Assembly: GCA_951804945.1 (NCBI GenBank)
Contig: OX638150.1
Coordinates: 97,154,001-97,218,000, forward strand
Direction of reading: 5' to 3'
Source: Podarcis cretensis
Taxonomy: Eukaryota
Length of the DNA: 64,000 nucleotides
Shown: positions 11,933-23,489 of the stretch, piece after piece
Numbering within the stretch: position 1 is the stretch's first letter
How the letters are laid out: each line of letters opens with the position of its first letter
Made by a program: the position numbers and the translations under genes
Notes under the pieces: generated by a model
What the model saw: only the letters and a program-made list of their open reading frames with translations
Databases searched by the model: none
Told to the model about the DNA's origin: nothing

Positions 11933-12311
11933 CAGGGATGCCCGAGGGTTTGGTTTCGTCAGTACTTTTAAGCAAAATGATCTGATTCACGCTTCCTGTA
12001 ACTAATTTGTGGATTGGAATGCAGTTATTTTTCAGCTTTCATGCTTCTTCAAATTTTGTAATGTAAGGTAGTTCTGCGTTCAAAAGAAGAACCAAAATGC
12101 ATATAAAATGTGCATTTTTAAGTACGTGCAAGAATGCATGTTTTTTATTGAAATGCAAACAAAGGGGTGTATTTTATAGTAAAGCACAACCAAGAAATGT
12201 GAATTTCTGCACTTAAAAGGGGGGGGGGGCAGAACATGGAAATAGGATGGAAAGGATTTCTAAATTAGCATATGCAGAACTGGCATGGACTGATGGATCT
12301 GTCCATCCCAG
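11933..12311. mobile_element. hAT-type non-autonomous element (NAGGGATG TIR family)
   Basis: Ends cagggatg...catcccag. 8-bp TSD taggagac/tgggagac. Confidence 0.7.
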
Positions 12312-13207
12312 TGGGAGACCATCTGAGAAGCTTATGTGTATGTCACATTGAGTTCCATCATGGAAGAAAGGCAGAATGTAAAGCTAATGGGTGATACTCA
12401 ATAATAGTTAAGACTAGACCCACTGAAATCAATAGACTTAAGTAACATAGTCGATAGCGTGAGTGGCCATGTGTGAGAGAGGTGCTTCTCAGTGATGGCT
12501 CCATGGCTAGGGAATTCTCTTCCATCAGATCCACATCACATTTCTGTGCTGCAGGCTTTGCAGGGTTTTGGAGGGCACCCAAGAAATGATGTTTCTAGGT
12601 GTGGTGTTTATTAGCTGGGTACTGGCTGGACTGAATCATATTTTATCTAGCCCTGTTTTAAAAAAATCTGAGCTGCTGAGCTGCAGTTTTTAAGTTTAAG
12701 TTTTTATATCCTTGTCTTTCTCTTTTGTTGTTTTGACTGCAAGGCACACTGAACAGGTTTCTGTCCTGAAAAATATCTTAAATAAAAATATAACAAACCC
12801 ACTTAGGTCCATTAATAGGTCTGCTCTGAGTATGACTTAGTTGGAAATCACCCGGTGTAATAATAAATCAAATACTTGAGAGTTTCTTCTGTGTATACAT
12901 TGAGGTCACACAGCTGCCCAAACTAGCTTGGGGTGAGCGCTCTGGCATGCGTCTTCTTAGTTATCCCTGTCGTCTTGCCAAGTGGTTAGGCGGTTCAGGT
13001 GTGTGGAGCAACAGAAATTAGAATTTGTAGTCAACGTGGCTGCTTGTAAAAGGCCCATAGCTTGTGAAAGGGTTACGCTCCAAGAAGTCAGGAGAGGTTA
13101 TCCCAGTATTGTCCTCTGCTTTTCTTTCTGGGAAGGATGCGATCCCACATCCCATGCTGAGCAAAAGCATTGTGGGAAAGAATGAAGTAGGCCTCATCCA
13201 GGGCAAT

Positions 13208-13412
13208 GCATACCCTTTCAAATTCTCTGGAAAAAAGGGACATCACGCTTTTTTGTGTGAGATCTCGGCGGCCATTTGGGGTGCCATGACCTTGCACTTT
13301 TGCCTTGAAAATGTGTTTTTTTGGGGGGGGATGAGGTGCATGTGACTTGCCCGGGAGCGCACCCCAGAATACGCGCTTCCCAGTTTGGGGTCGGAAAAAG
13401 TTGGACGACTTG
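13208..13412. mobile_element. Degenerate DNA-transposon remnant (probable hAT MITE)
   Basis: Homologous to about 53478-53725: both share ggaaaaa-gggaca...gtgagatctyggyggccattt...gggagcrcaycc. Boundaries are approximate. Confidence 0.55.
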
Positions 13413-15110
13413 GGATACGCTAACAGTGTCGAAGCTGAGCAGGTCTGGGGATGACGTTCCTCAGCCCAACTCAGCTGCTATTTCCTCCTGTTAGAGGATT
13501 CAGACACAAGCCTTCTCAGAGGTTCAGAGGCCCTTGGCATCATAAAAGCAAGGCCCTCAAGTTTTGAGGCACCTAGCAATTAAAAAAAATATGAAGATGC
13601 ATAAAAACAAATATGGCACAATGGGGCAGTGGGGAGGTGAGAAATTATCTGAATTTATTAAAACACACACACACGTTTTCTAGCATTTTTGAGGGCAAAT
13701 GCATCAATTTGCTGCCCCAAGCTAAGAGAGCGTCACATTCTGGTTTGACAGGCATAGAAGCAAGTTGCAAAACTTATCAAACACAAAAACAAGACAAGAG
13801 AGCAAGTGCCTAAATTTGAGGCTCCCTTTGAGCTTTAGGCCCCCTAGCCCAAATGGCCCTGTACTGCCCCACCCACCACAAATGGCCCTGATCAACTGGC
13901 CAAATTGCAGCAATGGGGCAGGTAGGTGAGAAGAAATCTCAGTGTGGAAATAGTTACCCCGCTGTACCAAGGTACCGATCCAGCTCACCAAGAGAGAATT
14001 GCTGCAAATATAAGGGTGGATTGGTAGGGAGAATCCAAATCACAGGAGATACTTCCAGTCACTGGTAAGGCATAGAAATAAACATCAGACTGCTGAGAGA
14101 GTAGCAAAAGAAAAAAAGGGGGAACGCTGGGAAATTGAAGCAAGAATACCACAAGCAAATGAGGTATATTGTTTACCGTCTCTCACACAAAGCCCACAAA
14201 ACACGCCTTTTTCCCTCACGGTGACTTTACTCCCTGCAATAACCTTGATTGTTCTTCAGGCCGGTCTTCCATTCCTCCCGGGCAGCGCTTAATCATTTCA
14301 TTTCTAGGCTCAAGGCTCACTGTTTGTCATTTATCTGCATTGGCTTTTTGGCATCTGCTAGCCCAAGGTATGGGACTAATCTGAGCCACTCTCCACCTGC
14401 CCATATTATTCTTTATTATTGACTGTTCCCCTCCATTTGGCACAGGCTGCACTGGAAAAACCTCGCTTTTCTGTATAGGCACCCGGCAGAGTGGAGTCGT
14501 CCCCTCTTCCTTCTGAGGCCCTCCTGGCTTTAGGCTCACAATATTATGCTTTCCAGAACCCTCCCTTTTTCATAATCTCCAATAGCTCCTTAATAAACTA
14601 CTTAGCTGTATAAAGTATTTAACTGGTCTGTAATTTCCTGGTAAGCCAGCAGGTTCCCTAATAAATATACTAGTGTTTTGCTGGCAGCAAGCCAGGATTC
14701 AGGAATCTCTCATGAACTCCACTCGAAGGGAGCTTGTAAAAACATTTGCTCAAGCTTCTCCAGTTTCCAGCCTTCCTTCCTTTGCCATTCTCAGCTGTAC
14801 ATTAACCAAAAACCTCTCTCACTTATCAGGCTTTATTTTATATTTTTTTTTTTAAAAAAGAAGTCTACATTGTGAATTATGTTCCATCCCCCTTTAAAGC
14901 ACGTATCATTTGCAACAAAAGGCTTGGGGTGTGTACTTCTTTAAGCACAGGGGCAAAAGGTTTATGTTGCATGAGCATCTCAATCCATAGTGAAATTTCA
15001 GAACTCTTAATTTCAGCTGCCCTTCATTGCTTACCCCAACAACCCCACAGTTCGCTGCACCACAATGTCTTGAGGTCAGGCAGGGAAAAAGTGCAGCTAT
15101 GACATCTTGT

Positions 15111-15623
15111 CCATACCTGGAATACTGTGTCCAGTTCTGGGCACCACCACTTAAGGAGGACATAGACAAGCTGGAACAGGTGCAGAGGAGGGTGACCAAG
15201 ATGATAAAAGGTCTGGAAACCAAGCCTTATGAGGAACGTTTGAAGGAGCTGGGTATGTTTAGCCTGGAAAAGAGGAGACTGAGAGGAGATATGATAGCCA
15301 TTTTAAAATCTCTAAAGGGCTGTCACATGGAAGAGGGAACAAGCTTGTTTTCTCTTGTTCCAGAGGGTAGGACCAAAACCAATAGCTTCAAGTTACAAGA
15401 AAGGAGATTTTGACTAAACATTCGGAAAAACAGTAAGAGCTGTTTGACAGTGGCACAGTCTCCCACGAGAGTTGGTGGACTCCCCTTTCTTGGACGTTTT
15501 AAAGCAGAGGTTGGACATCCATCTTTCATGAATTCTTGAGATTCCTGCCTTGCAGGGGGTTGGACTAGATGACCCTCTGGGTCCCTTCCAACTCTACAAT
15601 TCTACGATTCTATGACTCTATGA
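15111..15623 (+). mobile_element. CR1 LINE 3' fragment (ORF2 C-terminus and 3' UTR)
   Basis: Encodes [12 protein letters not shown]...[16 protein letters not shown]...[23 protein letters not shown], the CR1 ORF2 end. Followed by the CR1 3' UTR and a degenerate (ATTCTATG)n tail. Confidence 0.95.
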
Positions 15624-15796
15624 CAATCCATTTGGCACCAGGCTAAACATGTTTTATTATCTCCCTGGCCATTTTAAGTGTTGGGTATTGGCTGCATTGT
15701 TGCATTTTATCTCAGTATGATTATTTTAGTTTCCTTCCGTTATAAGGCTGAAGGGTGATTTTGAAAAATCTTTTGATTTAATAAAATACAATTTTC

Positions 15797-15797
<1 letters not shown>

Positions 15798-15833
<36 letters not shown>
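15798..15833 (+). repeat. (CAG)12 microsatellite
   Basis: Directly visible; abuts an L2 tail. Confidence 0.95.
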
Positions 15834-15835
<2 letters not shown>

Positions 15836-15846
15836 CTGCAGAAATA

Positions 15847-15847
<1 letters not shown>

Positions 15848-15885
<38 letters not shown>

Positions 15886-16099
15886 ATTGATACCCTGCCC
15901 ATCTGGCTGGGTTTCCCTAGCTACTCTGGGAAGCTCCCAACAGAATTAAAAACACAATAAAACATTAGACATTAAAAACTTCCCTAAAAAGGGCTGCCTT
16001 CAGATGTCTTCTAAAAGTCAGATAGTTGTTTATTTCCTTGACATCTGATTGGAGGGTGTTCCACAAGGCGGGCGCCACTACTGAGAAGGCCCTCTGCCT
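15848..16099 (-). mobile_element. L2 LINE 3' fragment
   Basis: Minus-strand peptide RQRAFSVVAPALWNTLQSDVKEINNYLTFRRHLKAALFREVF is the L2 ORF2 end. (AAC)n tail at 15848-15885. Confidence 0.9.
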
Positions 16100-16747
16100 A
16101 GCAAAGGCAAGATGAGAGCAACACCAAGATGGCAGTGATGCAGACATTTCCTTCCCTGTCAGGAAGCCTGAAGATGGTCAGCAGCTGTTGCCAAGGTAGG
16201 TGAAGTGTGAGCATTCCCAGTGTACACACTCACCGTGAAAAAAAGTGCCTGCGACAAATGACACACCCTCATATGTAGATTCTTAAAGAAACCAGGTAAT
16301 GGGACCTGCAAGTTCTATTTATTTATTTGTTTATTTTTACTTAATAATTTGTAATTATTGGGCTTTTGTGAGCCACCTTGAATATGCTTCAGTAAATAAA
16401 ATAGATAGTCCTGAATTTTCCTTCTCAGCCAACACAGAGAGAGCTGAGTTGTCCAGTGCAGGGATTTCTGAAGCCCCATTATGTTTGGATTGGAAGAGAA
16501 GTAGAACCATATCCAGGCTTCAGTTGGGCTCTGCTTAGCTGCAAAGAGGGGGAAAGGGGCGGGGGGAAATAACAACAAAAAGTTGAAGATTGGCATCTAG
16601 ATTTCGGATTTCATAGCCAAATCTGAATAAAATCTTCAATGTTCTATTGTATTTTTGTTCTGAAGCAGATGTTTGGTTTATCTTCAACAATAATTGCTTC
16701 ATTTTTTAATTAAAAATATTTTGCATGTATTCTGTATATCTTGGGGG

Positions 16748-16750
<3 letters not shown>

Positions 16751-16784
<34 letters not shown>
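16751..16784 (+). repeat. (GT)17 microsatellite
   Basis: Directly visible. Confidence 0.97.
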
Positions 16785-16786
<2 letters not shown>

Positions 16787-17355
16787 ATGCTGGCTGTTTG
16801 CCTTCTGAAAAGCATTTGTGCTGCACTCCAGGTTCCCTCTACAATATGATAGCTTGGTTGAAAGCCTGGCCTGTTCCCCTAGAGTGCGTTGTAAATTGTG
16901 CATTAGAAACAAAGGAAGTAAGGAGGGACCGGATGCCATTTTGTTTGAAGTTAAACCATATGGCAAAAGCAATATAAGACTGAATTGCAGACTCCCTAAA
17001 ATGCCAAGCGTTATAGCTTGCTCCCCAAGGGACAGGTGTTACCTTAGAAATGAGTTGATCCTTAAAACAACTAAATCCTCTTAGACATATGCCCATCTGT
17101 TCTGCAACTAACTTCTCTAAAAGGGTTGCATTTTTAACAAAAAAAGAGTATTTTTCGGCTACAGCGGCGAGTGGCGAGTTTTTACCTTCTCCCCACAACT
17201 GCCTGCAAACTTTTTTCAAAATAAAAAGTCACGATTTCCCCATTTGAAAACAAACCAACACAATGTTCATTTGAGCTAAACCTGCTGCTGTTTTATTCTT
17301 AATATCCCAGCCCCATTTTGCCAACTGCTTTCTGGTGCATTTAATAGGTACAGTA

Positions 17356-17581
17356 CAGTGGTACCTCGGGTTACATACGCTTCAGGTTACAGACACCGCT
17401 AACCCAGAAATAGTACCTCGGGTTAAGAACTTTGCTTCAGGATGAGAACAGAAATTGTGCTCTGGCGGCACAGTGGCAGCAGGAGACCCCATTAGCTAAA
17501 GTGGTGCTTCAGGTTAAGAACAGTTTCAGGTTAAGAACGGACCTCCGGAACAAATTAAGTACTTAACCTGAGGTACCACTG
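17356..17581 (+). mobile_element. Tc1/mariner-type MITE, family A, copy 1
   Basis: TIRs CAGTGGTACCTCRGGTTA, TA TSD, internal ttcaggttaagaac subrepeats. Confidence 0.92.
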
Positions 17582-18149
17582 TATAAGGCAACAGAGAGAG
17601 AAGGCTCACAAACACTTTTTGTTTTTCCTGTGTTTTCTTCCATTTGTCCTGTGATTTGTAGGCACGGGTCTGATAGATTTTTCTTTTCGCTGCTGCAAAA
17701 GAAAACTAGCGCCCATAATCCCTGACCATGTTAGTTGAGGGCGGCTGATGGGAGCTGGGGCTCAACCATATCTTGGCCACCCCTCCCATATTCAATATTC
17801 AAATGTTGTGCCCCTGTATGGACCTCAGGGGATGCCAGAGGCAGCTCAGGAGGTCAAGGTAGACTGGGGTGAGGTACCGCTGAATTGGAACACACATCAA
17901 TCCGCAGAGAAACACATGAACATTTGTTCTGGTAAACAGTGGGATTTCCTGAGGGAAAGGAGCGGAACAAGGAGAAGTGTGGACAAGCCCTTCGTCTGAG
18001 AGTAAGATCCTTTGAACTCAGTGCGACTTATTTCTGAGTGGACACGTATAGAATCGTATAGACTCTCAAATGAATAGCTCCATGTACCTAAAAGAGAAGG
18101 TAGCTTTCCTTTGGTTTTGTTAAAGTGGGGGACGGACCTAAATAAGTAT

Positions 18150-18500
18150 AGTAACCAGACTGCTAATGGAGTTAAAGGGGGCCATCCGTAAAAGGAGAAT
18201 TTCTGTCTAAAACAAAAACACCCGTCACCATCTAACAGAGGAACTATAGCCTGCCAATGCTCTAAAAGGCAGTCGCGAGAGCTAATTATCCGCAGCAGTA
18301 TAAGACCAGCAATTCCATCTTGTCAGGCTGAGTAGCAAATCCAAATTGACCCATTTATCTGCCATGCTCTCGCACACTAATGACCCCCCTTGTACCTGCG
18401 CTGACCAAATAACCTCCCCTTCTGCCACTCACCGTATCCCAGGAAGACATTGAACTGTAATCATTTAGAGGTGCGTGAGCATAACTCTTGGCCCTGTCTC
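18150..18500. promoter_or_regulatory. Candidate conserved non-coding element
   Basis: Repeat-free, with several TAAT/TAATTA cores, TGTCAG and retained CpGs. Conservation not tested. Confidence 0.35.
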
Positions 18501-18623
18501 TCCAGCAGCACTTCTAAAGATTTACTGTCTCGGTACTTTGGAGCAGCAAAGTGGAAATACAGTGAAGGACAGTTTTGAGGTTTGCCACTTATCTGAGGGA
18601 GAGTAACAGGCAAGAGGCAAGGG

Positions 18624-18627
<4 letters not shown>

Positions 18628-18660
<33 letters not shown>
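18628..18660 (+). repeat. (ATT)11 microsatellite
   Basis: Directly visible. Confidence 0.95.
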
Positions 18661-18663
<3 letters not shown>

Positions 18664-18729
18664 TTCTATTCTGCTGTGTGTGTGTGTAATCCCACTTTCT
18701 TGCCCAAGCTTGAGCAGGATACAAATATA

Positions 18730-18961
18730 CAGGGTTAAGAACTTAATTCGTTCCGGAGGTCCGTTCTTAACCTGAAACTGTTCTTAACCTGAAGCACCAC
18801 TTTAGCTAATGGGGCCTCCTGCTGCTGCTGCGCTGCCGGAGCACGATTTCTGTTCTCATCCTGAAGCAAAGTTCTTAACCTGAGGTACTATTTCTAGATT
18901 AGCGGAGTCTGTAACCTGAAGCATCTGTAACCTGAAGCATCTGTAACCTGAGGTACCACTG
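18730..18961 (-). mobile_element. MITE family A, copy 2 (left TIR internally deleted)
   Basis: Reverse orientation with TA flanks. Left end reads cag-ggttaagaac, lacking about 10 nt of the TIR. Confidence 0.88.
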
Positions 18962-19458
18962 TAATACCACTGTTTAAATGCAGTCGGGTTGTGATTTGGG
19001 TTGCTGGCTTATCAGAAAAACACGTCTGGCCTGCAGTGTCCTGTTCAGCACAGTGGGTTAAACTTTTCCTAGCATGGAAGGAAGCATTATCACCTGCTAA
19101 TGTCTGTACAGCAGGTTTCAGCTATAGTGGCAGGTTGAAAAAGGTTGCATCCCTAGCTGTGATTTGCCCATTTCGTGAATTTCACACAAATACTCTCCAT
19201 TCATAGGCTCACAACTGGAACAAAACGGATTACGTGAGCGTGGTTCACGTGTAAAGTTCAATGTGTGTACAGCCTGTGTACCTGTTGGTTTGCAAATAGT
19301 TGAGCTGTAAAAATCAAGAAGTATGCACACAAACACTTGCAGGTACATGTCCAGAGACAATTTGTGCCCTGTGTTCAGTGTACAAGCCTATTCTCTAACA
19401 CCCACGCACCCACCCAACCAAGTAGGTCCAAGTGTCATCCAAAGCCTGTAGGTCAATA

Positions 19459-20083
19459 TAGAGATGGACTTACTGTATCTTTCAATTTTGGTTCTCTCAG
19501 CTTCTCACTCTTCCAATCTTTAATGCAGCTCTCCACATTTCTGCAGCAATTTGCGATTCAAAGAAATCTTCATGAAAATTGGTCAGAAATTTTCCCCAAT
19601 AAACAATTATTTTATGCAGTCTTGAGTAATGGGCACATGCTTGTTCGCAATTCCCCCTATTACAATGCATGTTTGTATGTCATTTTCACTAACATATTCA
19701 TTTTTACGCACACTTTCTTCCTAATACAGTGGTACCTTGGGTTACATACGCTTCAGGTTACACACTCCGTTAACCCAGAAATAGTCCTTCAGGTTAAGAA
19801 CTTTGCTTCAGGATAAGAACAGAAATCGGGCTCTGGCGGTGCGGCAGCAGCAGGAGGCCCCATTAGCTAAAGTGGTGCTTCAGGTTAAGAACGGACCTCC
19901 GGAACAAATTAAGTACTTAACCTGAGGTACCACTGTATATGGATTTTTTGGTTGGAGAATTGCTTCATAAAATCTGGATGAGTGACGTTCTGAAGGGCAG
20001 GTGTTTCGGTTCACTTATTGGAAAGAAGTGTGAATTAGGTTGTTTCTCATTAAGATGCAAAACTGAATTTCTCCCCTTCCCTA
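19459..20083. mobile_element. hAT-type non-autonomous element containing a nested family A MITE
   Basis: Ends tagagatgg...ccttcccta. 8-bp TSD ggtcaata/ggtcaaca. Body homologous to 36235-36656 and 45767-46261. Confidence 0.75.
19727..19935 (+). mobile_element. MITE family A, copy 3
   Basis: TIRs and TA TSD. 209 bp; lacks one 17-bp subrepeat. Confidence 0.92.
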
Positions 20084-20679
20084 GGTCAACAGGCATAATG
20101 AAGTCCAGAGTACCAAAAGCAGGGAGCCGATCCACTGCCGAAAGCTGGCAGCTGAAAAAAGAGATCCTGGTGGCATGAACAAACCAAGTGACATGTGAAC
20201 CTCCCATACTCTCTAGGGCAAGAGTAATGAACCTTCGGCCTTCCAGATGTTATTGAACTACAGGTCCCATCATCCTTGGCCATTGGCCATGCTTGCCATC
20301 GTTCTGATCACATGGAACACTGGGTAGATTGACTAGATGTTGCCTGCAAGCTATCTATAATTATGATTTCACGCGCTTTGGATTGTATGCCTTGGAGGGT
20401 ATGTCTCCAAGGTAGCCTCAGGACAGTCCTATAAAGTTAAATTAAAAATTGTGGTGTGTCTGTGTGTGTGTAATGAACTTCATGGCTGAGCTAGGATACG
20501 AGCCCAGGTTTTCCTGGTCCAAACCCAACACCTCACCCAGCACCACAACTTGGACTCAAGAAAGCAAGATGGTTGTGATATGAGGACTATTTCTGTGCTG
20601 ACTGTGACCCCAAATCTATTATACTTTTCTAGTAAAAACCAACAAGAATGTCTCTGTTTATTTGTACAAACGACCCCAT

Positions 20680-21110
20680 TGTTAACATTCTGATTTGGAG
20701 CTTCTGTTCCCCTTTCTGCCTTTCGGCTGAAGGCTGCTAGTTAACTGCACTTCCTCATTTTCATTTAACTGTCCAGCAAGCCCTAATTATAGCCTCTCCT
20801 TATTAAAAAAAGAAAGAAAGAAAAAAGCCTACATCCAACTCTACACAATTTACAGTCTAATGGCCCTTACCTTGTTTGTTCAGCAGAGCTTATATAATGA
20901 TTCCTGTGATTTTGATTTTTTTTTTTTTTTGGTGAAGCATAACTCTGGGATTTTACGTTTCCACTTTAAACTGTGAGTTTTACATTAATGTTTTATAACC
21001 TTGGGGTTCTAATCATAAAGTCATAAGGACTTTAATTGATTTGAAACTAGCCAGGCCCTGAAGTGTGTACATGTCAAATTGATTCAAATTGATCCAATGT
21101 GTTTAAATAC
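20680..21110. promoter_or_regulatory. Candidate conserved non-coding element
   Basis: AT-rich unique DNA dense in TAAT, TAATTA and TTTAT (HOX/CDX-like) cores. Conservation not tested. Confidence 0.35.
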
Positions 21111-21444
21111 AGCCCGTGTTAAGAAACTCATAGCATCTTGTGCTACCAGACAGAGGCCTACAGCGCTGTGCTAACATAATTATGTTGCCACCTAGGTACG
21201 CTAAATTATTGACTGGAACATATTTTTCTGTGTTTTGTTCTGGGAAGCCAGGAAAATTCACCTGGATGGCTAAGAAGATTGAAACACAATGCAGACAACA
21301 ATTTCTGTGAACCACCCTGAGACCTGCGGGTATAGAACGGTATATTATTATTATTATTATTATTTCAGCAAGTGACAACTTCCCACAGTGCATATGCAGA
21401 GGCAGCTGTTAGGCAGATCATTCATCCATAATATCCATAACCAA

Positions 21445-21595
21445 GAGCCTGGATAGCTCAGTTGGTTAGAGCGTGGTGCTAATATTGCCAAGGTTACAGG
21501 TTTGATCCCCGTATGGGACAGCTGCATATTTCTGCATTGCAGGGTGTTGGACTAGATGATCCTCAGAACCCCTTCCAATGATACAATTCTATGAT
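21445..21595 (+). mobile_element. SINE with tRNA-Ile(AAT)-derived head and CR1-derived tail
   Basis: Head tagctcagttggttagagcgtggtgctaat...gatccccgtatggg matches vertebrate tRNA-Ile. Tail ctgcattgcagggtgttggactagatgatc...ttctatgat matches the CR1 3' UTR at 15543-15623. Confidence 0.85.
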
Positions 21596-21699
21596 CCTGG
21601 CAATTAGTGAGGCTACGTTTGTGCCACTTCCACACCTGATCAGAAATTTGAGAATGGTACCGTTCTCCCCACCACTTGGTAGAGCAATGTGCTGTTTAG

Positions 21700-22008
21700 A
21701 GATAGTGAACCTGCGGCACTCTGGATGTTGTTGGACTACAGCACCCATCACCCTTAACCAACGGCCATGCTGACTGGGGCTGATGGGTGTAGGAGTCCAA
21801 CAACATCTGGAAGGTGAGCCACAGGATCCGTGTTGTTGATGTGATTGACCAGCAGTATAAACTGTATTTGTGGCTGCTCTCCTTCACCACTATTGTCATC
21901 TCTTTATGGCAGGGGTAGTTTACTTGTGGCCCTCCAGGTGTTGTTGGACTAAATCTCCCATCATCCTCGGCAATTGGCCATGCTGGCTGAGGCTGCAGGT
22001 CAGCCACC
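21700..22008. mobile_element. Two short palindromic MITEs (ccagatgttgttggactacaac family)
   Basis: Inverted arms gatgttgttggact...agtccaacaacatc at about 21720-21810, and a second copy at about 21910-22008. Related remnants near 20220, 23280, 29900 and 54360. Confidence 0.65.
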
Positions 22009-22050
22009 TATGCTTTAAGGTAACAATGAAGGTGTATACCTAGCCAAGTA

Positions 22051-22600
22051 CTGTATTTTTTGCTCTATAGGACACACTTTTCCCCTCCTAAAAAGTAAGG
22101 AGAAATGTGTGTGCGTCTTATGGAGCGAATGCAGGCGGGAGGCTCTGCTCAGCGCTCCCTTAAAAAAGCCGCATGAAGGGATGCTCTTCTCCCTCCTCAG
22201 GGAAAAGCCCCCAAGAGCCGCACACACTCTCCACACGCTCTTTAAAGGGAGCGCGGCTCGTGGGGGAGCCTTCCTCCCGCTGCCCGGGAGTGGCTGTGCA
22301 CAGCTATCCCATAAGCCAGGACAGCAAGAGGGATCACTGCGCAGCGTTCCCGCTTGCTGTCCTGGCTTCTGGCTTAGCCCCGCGCAGCCTCATCCGGGCA
22401 GGGGGAGCCTTCATCCCCCTGCCCGGGAGAAGCTGTGTGCAGCTATCCCATAAGCCGGGACAGCAAGAGGCTATCCCAGAAGCCAGATCCCTCTTGCTGT
22501 TCTGGCTTCTGGGATTCAGAATATTTTTTTTCTTGTTTTCCTCCTCCAAAAACTAAGTGCGTCTTATGGTCTGGTGCGTCTTATAGAGTGAAAAATACGG
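22051..22600. mobile_element. Tc1/mariner-type (pogo/Tigger-like) MITE, family C
   Basis: TIRs cYgtatttt..ctctata.gac..ac with TA TSD. GC/CpG-rich core with an internal direct repeat of about 140-bp period. Confidence 0.85.
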
Positions 22601-22817
22601 TAATAATATTTCAATATGATGCTATGATCTGAAAAACAGGGCTTAAGTTGGCATAACTTTCAGGTGTGAACACCAGAGTAGCTAAAGAGATGTACCCCTA
22701 AAATTTTACCATTTCCCAGCCATGTATCATGTTCCACCACCTTTTTTTTTCAGGGACCACCCTAGAGCTGGAACCGGAAAACAGCTTCCCAGAGGAGGAG
22801 GACCTTGCTTTCAGCCT

Positions 22818-22925
22818 CATAAGAACATAAGAAGAGCCTGCTGAATCTGGCCAATGGCCCGTCTAGTCCAGCCTCCTGTCCTCACAGCGGCCAACCAGAT
22901 GCTTCTGGAAGCATGCAAGAGGAAC
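22818..22925 (-). mobile_element. Old CR1-group 3' end with (TTCTTATG)n tail
   Basis: cataagaacataagaagagcctgctg...tctagtccagc. Further copies at about 9040-9140, 27184-27410, 45215-45315, 52063-52140, 52987-53150 and 58412-58590. Confidence 0.7.
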
Positions 22926-23489
22926 ACAAGCAGTGTCTTCAGTTTTAAGATGGGAGTGGGAAACCTCCAGCCCATGAGGTCTGTATTGTAGCTCTCAGTT
23001 TGAGTAAATGGCAGTTCAGGTTTTCTCCAGATTGACGTTTGCTCTGATTGAGCACTAAAGAACGGGTTTTCCATGGGAAAGGAGTCCCATGGATCCTCCA
23101 TGCTTTTTAGGTGGGGAAAGCAGAACTGTGGATGAGACCCCAGTCTCTCTTTCTCAGCCTACTCCAAACTCACAGGTGGGAGGAACAATGTAGTCAACAG
23201 GAGCTTTTTTTGGAGGAAAGGGGAATTAAAAAAATACAACAGCCTTGGATTAGTTTTTTGTAGCTTAGCAAGTGCCAGATATTTTGGACTCGCATCCAGC
23301 CCGCGGAGTTAATGATCAGGGAGGATGGCATCTGTAATCCAAAAACATCTGGGGAAAACCAGGTTAGGAAAGGCTGCCTTAGATGAGCAGAGCTTTCCTC
23401 GCCTCCTGACACTCCTGCCCCCAATTCCTGGAGTTACTAATCTATGATCCCCAAGGACCCAGGCTTTGAAAAACCTTATTTCAAGAGTC

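Noticed and set aside
21445-21517. Functional tRNA-Ile gene (also the tRNA-Lys-like sequence at about 43660-43717)
   Set aside because: Stems and box B are mutated, and each is fused to a CR1 tail, so they are SINE heads.
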